From Thermostichus sp. DRC_bins_24 (GTDB lineage Bacteria > Cyanobacteriota > Cyanobacteriia > Thermostichales > Thermostichaceae): a DNA stretch of 22,941 bases. The stretch lies in NCBI GenBank assembly GCA_039794845.1, contig JAUQVK010000098.1, positions 8,576-31,516 on the forward strand, in the 5' to 3' direction. Numbering within the stretch: the first letter of the stretch is position 1; every line of letters begins with the position of its first letter. The notes under the pieces are model-generated. The model saw only the letters and a list, made by a program, of their open reading frames with translations, made no database searches and had not been told where the DNA came from. A program made the position numbers and the translations under genes. This document shows positions 9,296-18,738 of this stretch, piece after piece.

Positions 9296-10462
9296 ATGCA
9301 GGGCAAAGTACTGCAACGGATTTTGGTGTGCCCGGATAGCTTCAAGGGATCCCTAAGCGCCGTTCAAGCGGCAGACAGCCTTGCCAAAGGGATCCGCCAG
9401 GTGCTGCCCGAGGCCCTGATCGAGCCGATCCCCCTGGCGGATGGGGGGGAGGGCACCCTCGAGGCGCTGTTGATGGCCTTGGGGGGGGAACGGAAACACC
9501 TGCCGGTGACGGGCCCGCTGGGGGAGCCGGTAGCGGCGGAGTATGGGGTGCTGGGACAGATTGCCCTGATCGAACTGGCGCAGGCGGCGGGGCTGACCTT
9601 GGTTCCTCCAGACCAGCGGGATCCCAGCCGCACCACCACCTATGGGCTGGGGGAGCTGATCAGGGCGGCCTGTCAGGAACCCGTGGCGGAGATCTGGGTG
9701 GGGCTGGGGGGATCCGCCACCGTGGATGGGGGGGCGGGAATGGCGCAGGCCCTGGGCTACCGCCTGCTGGACAAAGCGGGGGCTCCGATTGGCTTGGGGG
9801 GAGGGGCCTTGGCTCAGGTGCAGCGCATCTTGCCCCCGGAACGTCCCATTTGGCAAGGGAAGCGCATCCGCGGCCTCTGTGATGTCAACAATCCTCTGAC
9901 GGGGCCATGGGGGGCCGCCACCGTGTTCGGGCCCCAGAAAGGGGCGACGCCAGCACAGGTACAGCAGTTGGATCAAGCCTTAGCCCACTGGGCAACCATT
10001 GTGGAACGGGATTTGGGCCCCGCGGTGGATCGGATCCCTGGGGCGGGGGCCGCCGGTGGGGTTGGGGCCGGGTTAATCGCCTACTTGGGGGCCACTTTAG
10101 AGTCTGGGAGCCAACGAATCCTGGGGCAATGCCACCTGCAAGAACAGATGCAGCAGTGTGATCTAATCGTGACGGGGGAAGGGTGCTTGGACGAGCAAAG
10201 CGCAATGGGGAAAGTGGTTGGGGGCGTGCTGGAACAGGCCATTCGGGCTCGAAAGCCGCTGCTGATTCTCTGTGGCCAGGTCACCCCGGCAGCACGAGCT
10301 TGGTTGGCAGCTCAACCTCTCCCGATTGGGGTTGGCGCCATTTGCGACGAAATCCCGAATGTGGCAGAAGCCCAACGGCAGGCTGGGCAGTACCTTGAGC
10401 AGTTGGCAGCTCAGAAGTTGAGATGGGTGTTGGCCAAAGGATTGGGAATTGGCCAAGTATAA
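9296..10462 (+). CDS. Glycerate kinase (GlxK/GarK class I family)
   Basis: PDSFKGSLSA, PLADGGEGT, TTYGLGELI, GLGGSATVDGGAG, DVNNPLTG, FGPQKGA, GAGAAGG and TGEG.LD.QS..GK. Confidence 0.93.
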   Translation: MQGKVLQRILVCPDSFKGSLSAVQAADSLAKGIRQVLPEALIEPIPLADGGEGTLEALLMALGGERKHLPVTGPLGEPVAAEYGVLGQIALIELAQAAGLTLVPPDQRDPSRTTTYGLGELIRAACQEPVAEIWVGLGGSATVDGGAGMAQALGYRLLDKAGAPIGLGGGALAQVQRILPPERPIWQGKRIRGLCDVNNPLTGPWGAATVFGPQKGATPAQVQQLDQALAHWATIVERDLGPAVDRIPGAGAAGGVGAGLIAYLGATLESGSQRILGQCHLQEQMQQCDLIVTGEGCLDEQSAMGKVVGGVLEQAIRARKPLLILCGQVTPAARAWLAAQPLPIGVGAICDEIPNVAEAQRQAGQYLEQLAAQKLRWVLAKGLGIGQV

Positions 10463-10494
10463 TGGTTTGAATCGCTGTTTTTTGTTAGGACATC

Positions 10495-10809
10495 ATGGCC
10501 AGTATCGAGTTCTCCCCCGGAATTCAGGAGGTGCCCACCAATGTGCGGGTACTGAAATCCAAGACCGGAAATCGCGGATCCGCCATCTTTCGCTTTGAGG
10601 AGGTAAACTCGGATACGCAAAATATCCTCGGCATGACGATGATCGATGAAGAAGGGGAGATGACCACCCGGGACATCAAAGCCAAGTTTTTGAATGGGGA
10701 ATTTAAGGCCTTAGAAGTCACCTACGAAATGGAAAATGAGGCGGAGTGGGATCGCTTCTTGCGCTTCATGGAGCGCTTTTCCGCCAAGAACGCAATGGGT
10801 ATGAGCTGA
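10495..10809 (+). CDS. psb28: Photosystem II assembly factor Psb28
   Basis: GMTMIDEEGEMTTRDIKAKFLNG and EWDRFLRFMERF are Psb28 signature segments. Confidence 0.92.
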   Translation: MASIEFSPGIQEVPTNVRVLKSKTGNRGSAIFRFEEVNSDTQNILGMTMIDEEGEMTTRDIKAKFLNGEFKALEVTYEMENEAEWDRFLRFMERFSAKNAMGMS

Positions 10810-10820
10810 AGGATAGACCC

Positions 10821-10858
10821 AAAGGACTTGTAAAGAAGGATAAAGGACTTGTAAAGAA
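10821..10858. repeat. Direct repeat, 2 x 17 bp AAAGGACTTGTAAAGAA (21-bp period)
   Basis: Exact copies at 10821-10837 and 10842-10858, between the convergent psb28 and gatA stop codons. Confidence 0.9.
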
Positions 10859-10878
10859 CTTGCCGAGCTCTGCCCACT

Positions 10879-12411
10879 CTAGCCTTTCCGTTTGGACGGT
10901 TTGGACTTGCTGGGCTTCCCTTTGGTGGCCTTGGGGGAACCGGATGCCTGAGCCTCCGAGCCGGCAGCATTAAGCAGTGGGGGCCGCTGCTTGTGCCAGT
11001 CGGTGCTTTGCTCGTAGGCGTAAGCCACCTGTAGCACCTTACTTTCCTGTAGGGCATTGCCCACGATTTGCAAGCCGATCGGCAGGCCCTCCACAAAGCC
11101 ACAGGGCAGGCTCAGCCCCGGTAGCCCCGCCAAGTTCACCGGGATCGTCATCAGGTCGCAAAGATACATGCTAAGGGGATCCTCCCGCTCGCCGGCTTTG
11201 AAGGCTGGGGTGGGAGTGGTGGGGCTGACCAGCACATCCACCGACTGGAAGGCCTTGAGAAAGTCCTGTTTGATCAGGGTGCGTACCTTCTGGGCCTTCA
11301 GGTAGTAAGCATCGTAATAACCCGAGGAAAGGGCGTAGGTGCCGATCATAATGCGCCGTTTCACCTCAGGCCCGAAGCCATGGTCCCGGGTTTTGGCGTA
11401 CATGGGCACCAACGAATCGGCGGGTTCCCGCAGCCCATATTTCACCCCGTCGTAGCGGGCCAAATTGGCGGAAGCCTCAGAGGGAGCGATGATGTAGTAG
11501 GTGGCTAGGCCATATCGGAAGCTGGGGCAATCGATCTCAAGGATCTCGGCACCCAGATCGTGAAGGTGTTGAATGGCAGCTTGGACGGCAGCACGGGTTT
11601 CATCTCCACAACCTTCGCCCAGTAGATCCCGGATCACCCCTACCTTTAGCCCCTTCACCTCAGGGATCAGTGCCTTGCTGTAGTCGGGGATCGGCACCTT
11701 CAGGCTGGTGGAATCCATGGGATCATGGCCGGCAATGCCCTGTAGCAGTAAGGCCACATCCTCAACCGTGCGCCCAAACGGCCCGATCTGATCCAACGAA
11801 GAGGCAAAGGCCACCAAACCATAGCGAGACACCAAGCCATAGGTGGGTTTCAGCCCCACCACCCCACAGAAGGCCGCTGGCTGACGAATGGAGCCACCGG
11901 TGTCCGATCCAAGGGCAACCACCGCCTGATCCGCAGCCACAGCAGCGGCAGATCCGCCAGAGGATCCCCCAGGCACCCGCGTCAAATCCCAGGGGTTGGC
12001 GGTGAGTTGAAAGGCGGAGTTTTCGGTGGAACTGCCCATGGCAAACTCATCCAGGTTGGTTTTGCCCACCGTCACCATACCGGCAGCCGCCAGTCGTGCC
12101 GTGACCGTCGATTCGTATGGGGGGATAAACCCGCGCAAAATGTTCGAGGCACAGGTGGTCGGGATCCCACGGGTACAGAGGTTGTCTTTGAGGGCGATTG
12201 GGATCCCTGCCAATGGCCCAATCTCTTCTCCGGCACGAATCTGGGCATCCACCGCCCTGGCCTGTTGCAGGGCCAGATCTTCGGTCACCGTGATGAAGCT
12301 TTTTAACTGCGGCTCCAGCCGGGTGAGGCGCTCCAGATATTCACGGGCGATCTCTTCGGCAGAACGCTCTTTGTGAACCAACTGGGCATGCAGGGCACGG
12401 ATCACGGACAT
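10879..12411 (-). CDS. gatA: Asp-tRNA(Asn)/Glu-tRNA(Gln) amidotransferase subunit A
   Basis: Amidase signature [31 protein letters not shown] and [13 protein letters not shown], plus GatA-specific [29 protein letters not shown]. Start is ATG 12411 or TTG 12417. Confidence 0.96.
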   Translation of the reverse strand: MSVIRALHAQLVHKERSAEEIAREYLERLTRLEPQLKSFITVTEDLALQQARAVDAQIRAGEEIGPLAGIPIALKDNLCTRGIPTTCASNILRGFIPPYESTVTARLAAAGMVTVGKTNLDEFAMGSSTENSAFQLTANPWDLTRVPGGSSGGSAAAVAADQAVVALGSDTGGSIRQPAAFCGVVGLKPTYGLVSRYGLVAFASSLDQIGPFGRTVEDVALLLQGIAGHDPMDSTSLKVPIPDYSKALIPEVKGLKVGVIRDLLGEGCGDETRAAVQAAIQHLHDLGAEILEIDCPSFRYGLATYYIIAPSEASANLARYDGVKYGLREPADSLVPMYAKTRDHGFGPEVKRRIMIGTYALSSGYYDAYYLKAQKVRTLIKQDFLKAFQSVDVLVSPTTPTPAFKAGEREDPLSMYLCDLMTIPVNLAGLPGLSLPCGFVEGLPIGLQIVGNALQESKVLQVAYAYEQSTDWHKQRPPLLNAAGSEAQASGSPKATKGKPSKSKPSKRKG

Positions 12412-12580
12412 AGACAACTCGGAGAAACGAGCAAAAGCGGTTGGGGCCAGATAAAGCCCTCTCTAGGGTAATCCAGATGGGATCCCTTCCTGGTGTCTTC
12501 TGCAGCTGTGGGCCCAACAACGGAAGATACTAAGAAATGTTAAGCTGTAAAGAGTCAGGATCCCTTATCAGGTGCGCGCT

Positions 12581-13033
12581 ATGGAATCGGTTTACAGCGG
12601 CGGCGACTTCTCCCATACCTTTGTCAACCCCCCGATCTACTCCGCCATCGCTCTGTTCAGCTTCTTTGCGGTCATTTTCGGCATCATCTTCAAGGACAAG
12701 CTGGAGTACCAAGTGGCCTTTTGGCAGCTTAACCGGGCGAGCCAACCCCAGATTCGTTATCGCACCCCGGGGATGATTCTCACCTACAGCCTCTGTTGTC
12801 TGTTTACCTTCGGCTTTGTGGCGGCCTGTCTCGATGTGTTCGGCCTGTCGTTGGGTTTGGCTACGGGGGTGGGCGGGATCCTCGTGCTGTCAACGGGGGG
12901 CTTGGTCTGGTGGCAGCTGGGATCCCTGTTGGAGCTGTTGGCGATGGGGGGATCCCAGGCCATAGATATCGACTCCTACGGAGCGGGGGCAGCTTTGGAT
13001 CCGGAAATCTCCGCATTCCCAAAAGGGGAATAG
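12581..13033 (+). CDS. Hypothetical membrane protein, about 3 predicted TM helices
   Basis: About 150 aa with three hydrophobic stretches. It is divergent from gatA and fills the gap exactly. No family assigned. Confidence 0.75.
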   Translation: MESVYSGGDFSHTFVNPPIYSAIALFSFFAVIFGIIFKDKLEYQVAFWQLNRASQPQIRYRTPGMILTYSLCCLFTFGFVAACLDVFGLSLGLATGVGGILVLSTGGLVWWQLGSLLELLAMGGSQAIDIDSYGAGAALDPEISAFPKGE

Positions 13034-13052
13034 GCATAGGCGGGCTCTTTCG

Positions 13053-14462
13053 CTAGCCCTTAAAGTGCCTGAGGGCAAATCCACAGATCTGGAGCAGCCT
13101 TAGGCCATCTCGCACATGTTGAATGTTGGAGCGGCCATAGGTTCTGGGGAAATACCGCACCGGAATGTCGAGGATTTTGAGGCTGCGCTTGGCGGCTCCC
13201 AGCAGCAGGTCGAAATCGCCGAACGGATCGAAGTCACCCCATTCCTGGCTCAACTTGGCAATCTCGATGTAGTCCTCCCGCCGTAGGGCTTTGGTGCCAC
13301 AGAGGGAATCCTTGATGCGAATGCCGAGAATGTAGGAAAGCAGAGCGGCGAAAAAGCGATTGGCCCACTGGTTTAGCCGAGGCATGGACTCTGGGTTGAG
13401 GGGGTAGATGAGTCGGCAGCCATTGGCAAAATCGCAACGACCAGAGGCCACTGCCCAGAAAAACTTGGTCATATCCTCCGCCTGCACCGTCAAGTCGGCA
13501 TCGAGAATGATCAGCACATCGCCTGTGGCGGCAGCAACCCCCCTGCGTACCGCATCCCCTTTCCCCTTGCCCTCCTGCTGAAAGCCTCGGATGTCACGGA
13601 TCCCTTGGTAATCAGCCTGCACCCGTTGGATTTCTGACCATGTCTCGTCGCTGGAGTGCCCCTCCACAAAAATGATTTCCGTGTGGGATCCCATTTCGGG
13701 CAGCCGCTCCACACAGGGGCGAATGTTACCCGCTTCGTTCCGGGCCGGAATCACCACCGTACAGGAGGGCTGCTGGTCAACAGGGGGATCCCAGTCGGCA
13801 GCAGGTTGCAGACGAGCAATCGTATACTCCGTCAGGCAGAGGGCGTTGATCCCCGGCAGTGGGGCAATCCCTCGATTAACCACCGCCGAAAGCAGCGGGA
13901 TCCGTCGCGGCAACAACAGACGTTTGCCCTGCTGAATGATCTCATAGCCTGCCAAATGCAGCAGGTTGGCCACATCCGCCGCCGAGAGCCAGTTGGCCAC
14001 AGGCAGAGGCATGCGTTGTTTGAGGATGGTCGCTAAAGCCAGGATCGGCTCCCAAAGGGGGTTGTGGTGGGAGAGGATCAGGCGGGTGCGGGGGGTACAG
14101 AAGCGGCGCAGTTGCTGCAAAACCTGTTGAATATCCGCCAGACTGCCGAGGGTATTGGTCAGGATCACCACATCAAAAGGTTGCGCCAAGATCGGATCCT
14201 GCTTGTCCAGGGTGTGGGCATCTTGCACCCGGAAATGCAGGTGTGGAAACTCCACCTGGGCCTGGGCAACAATGTCCGCATCTAGGTCGATTCCCACCCC
14301 AAGGCTAGGCTGGAGGGCGTTGAGCAGGGATCCCGTACCGGAACCGATCTCCAGGATGCGCAGACCGGGGGGGACGAAGAATCGATGCAGCTGCTCCAGA
14401 TCCTCGTGGTAGTAGCGGTTTTTGTGCCGCCAGTAATACAAGGGGTGGCTAAACTCTGGCAA
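13053..14462 (-). CDS. Bifunctional class I SAM-dependent methyltransferase / family 2 glycosyltransferase
   Basis: N-terminal ILEIGSGTG (SAM motif I). C-terminal VVIPARNEAGNI, GKGKGDAVRRG, ILDADL (DxD) and DSLCGTK, a DPM-synthase-like GT2. TTG start. Confidence 0.9.
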   Translation of the reverse strand: MPEFSHPLYYWRHKNRYYHEDLEQLHRFFVPPGLRILEIGSGTGSLLNALQPSLGVGIDLDADIVAQAQVEFPHLHFRVQDAHTLDKQDPILAQPFDVVILTNTLGSLADIQQVLQQLRRFCTPRTRLILSHHNPLWEPILALATILKQRMPLPVANWLSAADVANLLHLAGYEIIQQGKRLLLPRRIPLLSAVVNRGIAPLPGINALCLTEYTIARLQPAADWDPPVDQQPSCTVVIPARNEAGNIRPCVERLPEMGSHTEIIFVEGHSSDETWSEIQRVQADYQGIRDIRGFQQEGKGKGDAVRRGVAAATGDVLIILDADLTVQAEDMTKFFWAVASGRCDFANGCRLIYPLNPESMPRLNQWANRFFAALLSYILGIRIKDSLCGTKALRREDYIEIAKLSQEWGDFDPFGDFDLLLGAAKRSLKILDIPVRYFPRTYGRSNIQHVRDGLRLLQICGFALRHFKG

Positions 14463-14558
14463 GGGATCCCCTAAGGTTGCGCTAGCTCAGCTTTTGATCA
14501 TACGGTCTTATGGAATTTGCTGAGGAAACCCATCGAGAGGCAAAGCCGGCGACGAGGT

Positions 14559-16112
14559 TCAAGGAAAAGAGAAGGTAAATCGACCTGCCGATCCGGTCAG
14601 TGTGGCCGTCCCATTGAATGTCTGGGCAATGACCCCACTCTTGCGGAGCGTCACCGTAAACGGAATGGGTGCCGTTGATTGGGAACACCGTCGGAATAGA
14701 ACCACCTCGATGAAATAGGTTCCCGCAGGAGGCGTAGAAGCCCAAAAGACATTCTCAACGGGAGAAGTCGTTAGCTTAGTACAGTCTGCATTGGCATCCA
14801 CATCCAGTTGCCCCCCCGAAGGAATACTTGGATTGGCAAAAGAGACCGTTTGCTGACCAGGATCCGTTACGTACAAGTCCAGGTCATCGGTGGTGTTCCA
14901 ATTGAGGGTGATCTGAATCGGGCCGGTGCCCAGTGGGGGAGTCGGCGTGGATGTTGGGGTTGGAGTGGGTGTCCGCGTCGGGGTTGGAGTGGGTGTTGAG
15001 GTCGGGGTTGTTGCCCCCCCAGCGACGGTCTGAGCAAAGTTCCCCTGAAAGGCATTGTTGGCCAGGTAGGTTGCCACCACAGCAGCCGGGGTGCCGGGAG
15101 CCACCTGAATCGCCACCCCTGTGCCATTACCCCGGGCAAGAAATGTATTCCCAGAAATGGTCCGAGCTTGGATCCCTTGCAAAATGCGGATGCCGAAGCT
15201 CCCGGCCACCCCACCCACACCTATCGTATTGGACTGAATCGCCGGCACTGATCCCGCCCCATCCAGTTGAATGCCGGTGGTGCCACTGGTCCCCGTTTGC
15301 CGTGCTTGCAGTGCCAAGCTCGCCGTAGATGGATCCCCTTCGATTTGGTTATTGCGAAAGACCCCACCCGAGTTGTCGCTGAAGCGGGCCGCCAAAGCCC
15401 CCAAAGCCTGCAAGAGAATCGTGTTGTTTTCAATCGTGGGATTGCTCCCCGGCACCGTACCTATGCCCACCCCACCCGTTTTGCTGACGATCGGCGAGAC
15501 CCGGCTGACCCGACCATCGCCGGAAATCTGCACACAGGGATCCAAAAATTGTTGGCACAAGATCTGCGCCAGTTGGCCCAAAGCTCCTTCCAGAACGGCG
15601 GCATTGCCATTGACCAAAATATTGGAGCGAGGGTCATTGAGGGTGACCTTGCTGGGTTGAAAGGTGCCATTGTTCACCTGAACTCGTCCCCCATTCAACA
15701 CCACCTCCACCCCTTGCAGGCTGGTTTGGCTGGCCACGATCAGGTCGAAGAGCCCCGTTAAAATTTCGTAGGTGACGGCACTGGTAATGCGAATGCGTCC
15801 GCCATTGGTGCCATCGCCACCATCGAGGGCCAAGTTGCTTTGGAGGGTTTCGCTTCCTGCTCCCAAAATTTCGATCAGCACCTCCAAGCCGGAGGTGGCA
15901 TTTTGCAGCCGCTGCGCTTCTGCAGTGGCATCCGCCAGTTTGGTGAAGGGGCCATTCACGGGATCCACCCGCAGGGTGACCAATCCACCGGGGGGCAGTG
16001 AGGGTGGGCCACCGCTTCCTCCCCCGCCACAACCGAGGGCAATCCCCGCCAACAGAGGCAGCAGCAGGGAACGAAACCGTTTGCGAACATTCGCGTTTGC
16101 CGGACCAGTCAT
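14559..16112 (-). CDS. Predicted lipoprotein: beta-helix-like region, Pro/Thr linker, C-terminal YfaP/DUF2135-like domain
   Basis: Basic N-terminus, hydrophobic core and lipobox ALG-C, followed by a Gly-rich tether. Beta-helix-type motifs PTIENNTI, FRNNQI, IQSNTI and ISGNTF. C-terminal ITLNWNTTDDLDLYVTDP...GGQLDVDAN...PVENVFW. Confidence 0.78.
   Translation of the reverse strand: MTGPANANVRKRFRSLLLPLLAGIALGCGGGGSGGPPSLPPGGLVTLRVDPVNGPFTKLADATAEAQRLQNATSGLEVLIEILGAGSETLQSNLALDGGDGTNGGRIRITSAVTYEILTGLFDLIVASQTSLQGVEVVLNGGRVQVNNGTFQPSKVTLNDPRSNILVNGNAAVLEGALGQLAQILCQQFLDPCVQISGDGRVSRVSPIVSKTGGVGIGTVPGSNPTIENNTILLQALGALAARFSDNSGGVFRNNQIEGDPSTASLALQARQTGTSGTTGIQLDGAGSVPAIQSNTIGVGGVAGSFGIRILQGIQARTISGNTFLARGNGTGVAIQVAPGTPAAVVATYLANNAFQGNFAQTVAGGATTPTSTPTPTPTRTPTPTPTSTPTPPLGTGPIQITLNWNTTDDLDLYVTDPGQQTVSFANPSIPSGGQLDVDANADCTKLTTSPVENVFWASTPPAGTYFIEVVLFRRCSQSTAPIPFTVTLRKSGVIAQTFNGTATLTGSAGRFTFSFP
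14934..15011 (-). repeat. Pro/Thr-rich coding repeat (TTPTSTPTPTPTRTPTPTPTSTPTPP)
   Basis: Seen in the translation; the DNA unit GGGGTTGGAGTGGGTGT occurs twice. Confidence 0.9.
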
Positions 16113-16187
16113 GGGTCGGTCTTCCTTGGCGAAAAATTTGCCTGAGATAAGTGGGGCCAGTTACTGTTGGAAAGCAAATAAAGCAAA

Positions 16188-16318
16188 TATAGTCACTCCA
16201 AGCAAGAACTCTACACTCTCTAACTCCCCTCTCCCAGAGTGGGAGGAGGGCTACGGCCGGTGCCACGCTGCGCGAAGGGGGTGAGGGAGCTGTCTCAGCC
16301 TTAATGGCAATGACTATA
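16188..16318. mobile_element. MITE-like small dispersed repeat, about 131 bp
   Basis: Terminal inverted repeats TATAGTCA (16188-95) and TGACTATA (16311-18) end in TA. They enclose CTCCCCTCTCCC-AGAGT-GGGAGGAGGG...GGGGGTGAGGG, a G/C hairpin repeat type common in cyanobacterial intergenic DNA. Confidence 0.5.
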
Positions 16319-16503
16319 AAAACAAAAAAGTGCAGAGGATCAAAGCGAGACATCCTCCGCAAGGGCATCGTCAAACGGGATCTCCCAAAAGTCAAGCCTT
16401 TGCAAGGGATCCGCAATCAAACGGCAACAAAGTTAAGAAGCATCTTCCCTGAGGAGATGGAATGATCTCCAAACCCTCAGAGCAAGCATCAAGAGCCTAA
16501 GGT

Positions 16504-17640
16504 TTAACGCTCTTCCGGCACTTCGATGGCTCCGGCAATAATGTCCTGCCTCACCGCTTCCACGGCAGCCACCAAATCGGCAGGGATCAGGGCTTCGTTG
16601 TACTCATCCAGGGCATAGCCCACGCCGTCGTTCTCCAGGCCAAAGTCTTGAATGCCACCGACAAAATTGCCTTCGACAACGCTGCGAATCACATCATAGG
16701 TGGCAACATCCACCCGCTTCAGCATTGAGGTGAGGCCGTGGTTGAGGGTGGCGGGGTTGTTGTCGGTGTCCCCCAAGTAGTTTTGGTTGGCATCCACGCC
16801 GATAAAGAACATCGGACGGACATCGCCACTGCAGGCACTGGTATAATCGGCAGGCTTGGGCACCTCCGCAAAAGGATCCCGAATGAAGCTCACCCCACTG
16901 GGCAGTTCAGAGGCCCTGATGCACTTTTCTTGCTTGACAAAGTCGATGACCCCCAGGCCGGATCCCCCAGCAGCGGCGTAGATAATGTCGGCCCCTTGAG
17001 CTTTTTGGGCCGCCGAGATCTCTTTGGCCTTGGCCGGATCGTTCCAGGCAGCCGGTGTCGTCCCAACATAGTTGGCGATAACCCGGCAGGTGATGCCTTC
17101 TTCGGCGCAGGCGTATTCCACCCCAGCCCGGTAGCCTGCCTCAAACTTGTGGATCAAGGGGATATCCATGCCCCCCACGAAACCGACCACCCCGGTTTGG
17201 GTTTGCTTGCCTGCCAGGTAGCCGACCAGGAAGGATCCCTCGTGTTCACGGAAGAGCAGACTGGCCACGTTATCTTCTTCCGGAGAAACCGAGTCTATCA
17301 AGCCAAATTTCACGTCCTTGAACTCAGCCGCACTGGCGGTGACAGCCGGTTCCAGAGCAAAACCCACACCCACCACCACATCAAAGCCTTCTTCAGCAAA
17401 TTTGCGGACTCCGGGCCCTAGCTGTGAGGGATCCGTCGGCTCGAAATCGAATATCTGCACACCAAAGTCCTGCTTGGCCCGTTCCGCTCCTTCCGCAGCC
17501 GATTGGTTAAAGCTGCGGTCGTTTTTGCCCCCTTCCCCAAAGGCAATGCCTACCCGCACCGACTGCGCTTGGGCGGCGCTGCTGAGGGCAAACAGCCCTG
17601 CCAACACCAAAGAGATCCCCAATGTTTTGTGCATCATCAT
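16504..17640 (-). CDS. BMP/PnrA-family ABC transporter substrate-binding protein, probably purine/nucleoside
   Basis: GGKNDRSFNQSA, FREHEGSFLVGYLAG, VGFVGGMDIP, GADIIYAAAGGSGLG, IGVDANQ and TSMLKRVDVA. Sec signal ends in AQA. Confidence 0.9.
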   Translation of the reverse strand: MMMHKTLGISLVLAGLFALSSAAQAQSVRVGIAFGEGGKNDRSFNQSAAEGAERAKQDFGVQIFDFEPTDPSQLGPGVRKFAEEGFDVVVGVGFALEPAVTASAAEFKDVKFGLIDSVSPEEDNVASLLFREHEGSFLVGYLAGKQTQTGVVGFVGGMDIPLIHKFEAGYRAGVEYACAEEGITCRVIANYVGTTPAAWNDPAKAKEISAAQKAQGADIIYAAAGGSGLGVIDFVKQEKCIRASELPSGVSFIRDPFAEVPKPADYTSACSGDVRPMFFIGVDANQNYLGDTDNNPATLNHGLTSMLKRVDVATYDVIRSVVEGNFVGGIQDFGLENDGVGYALDEYNEALIPADLVAAVEAVRQDIIAGAIEVPEER

Positions 17641-17645
17641 GACTC

Positions 17646-18593
17646 CTATCGCCCCAGTAGCTTAATTAACATTTCCCGAAAGGCCAATTTGTCCGCCCTG
17701 AGCACAACCTCGGCATTGGCGGGCCGACCCATAATGCCTAGGCGATCCACCAAGCTGTAGCCGCGAGTTAGCTCCCCCCGACATTCAACGTCCACGTAGT
17801 GACGACGACTTTCTTGAATCAGTTCCGGCTGCAAAGCCATGGCTATCGTCAGAGAATCGGGATGGGTAATGCCATCCAGGCCGCCCCCTTCCGGATGGGA
17901 TCGGTTGAACTCCCAAGCCACCCGGTTCACGGCCAAGTAGAACCGGCTGAGGGGGGTATCGAGGGATAAGATCGGTTCTAACTCTTCTCGCAGCAGCAGG
18001 CCATCGCTGACCGATAAATCCCAAGGGGACAAGACCATGTCAAAACCCGCTTGCAAAACCATCTGGGCCGCCTCCGGATCAACATAAAAATTGAACTCAG
18101 CCGCCGGCGTGATGTTGCCGAGGGCATTGTTGGTCCCTCCCATAATCCAGAGCTTCTTTACCTTTTGCGGTAGGGTGGGATCTTGGGCTAAGGCCAGCGC
18201 CAGGTTGGTCAGGGGAGCTTGGGCAATGATCTGCAGTTCTCCAGCCCAGCGGTTGGCCAGTTCGACAATGGCGGTGGGAGCAAACAGGGGTTCCGGGCGT
18301 TGTTTGGCCTTCGGGAAGAAAGAATTGCCCATGCCATCTTCTCCGTGTACATAGGCCGCCGTGACCAGTTTGCCCACCAAAGGTTTGTGGGCTCCGGGGT
18401 ACACGGGGATCCCGGCTTTGCCGGCCACTTCTAGGGTATAGAGGGCATTTTCGGTGCATTGTTCTAGGCCCAGGTTGCCCGCACAGATGGTAACGGCTTC
18501 TACAACACTGTTTGGCCAGAGCAGCCCGAAGAGCAACGAAGTGACATCATCTCCGGCGGTATCCGTGTCGATCAAAAAGTGTTGCACAGCCAT
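17646..18593 (-). CDS. Nucleoside hydrolase (IU-NH family)
   Basis: N-terminal IDTDTAGDD aspartate motif, VHGEDGMG, PLTNLALA, IMGG, AAEFNFYVDPEAA and HPD. Start ATG 18593; the stop lies 5 nt before the BMP start. Confidence 0.92.
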   Translation of the reverse strand: MAVQHFLIDTDTAGDDVTSLLFGLLWPNSVVEAVTICAGNLGLEQCTENALYTLEVAGKAGIPVYPGAHKPLVGKLVTAAYVHGEDGMGNSFFPKAKQRPEPLFAPTAIVELANRWAGELQIIAQAPLTNLALALAQDPTLPQKVKKLWIMGGTNNALGNITPAAEFNFYVDPEAAQMVLQAGFDMVLSPWDLSVSDGLLLREELEPILSLDTPLSRFYLAVNRVAWEFNRSHPEGGGLDGITHPDSLTIAMALQPELIQESRRHYVDVECRGELTRGYSLVDRLGIMGRPANAEVVLRADKLAFREMLIKLLGR

Positions 18594-18738
18594 GGGCGGA
18601 CAAGATCCCAAGATCCAAATAACGTGCCATCCTACCGATAGAACGGCATCTGAGAGCAAAAGTTTAGACCAGCTTTAACTTGAAGGTATGGCCGATGTAT
18701 CTTGAGGAAAGCCGCTGCGTCTGCCGAATCGAGCGTTT

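Noticed and set aside
10458..10463. TATAAT -10 box before psb28
   Set aside because: Plausible, but it overlaps the upstream stop codon and has no properly spaced -35; a lone hexamer is insufficient.
10821..10858. Possible mini-CRISPR array
   Set aside because: Only two 17-bp copies with a 4-bp gap; there are no spacers and no cas genes.
15634..16416. 260-aa minus-strand ORF overlapping the lipoprotein 5' end
   Set aside because: It is out of frame with a well-formed lipoprotein, runs through the repeat element and lacks protein-like features.
16449..16480. Hairpin downstream of the BMP gene as an intrinsic terminator
   Set aside because: The stem is imperfect and lacks a clear U-tract on the minus strand, so it is too weak to call.
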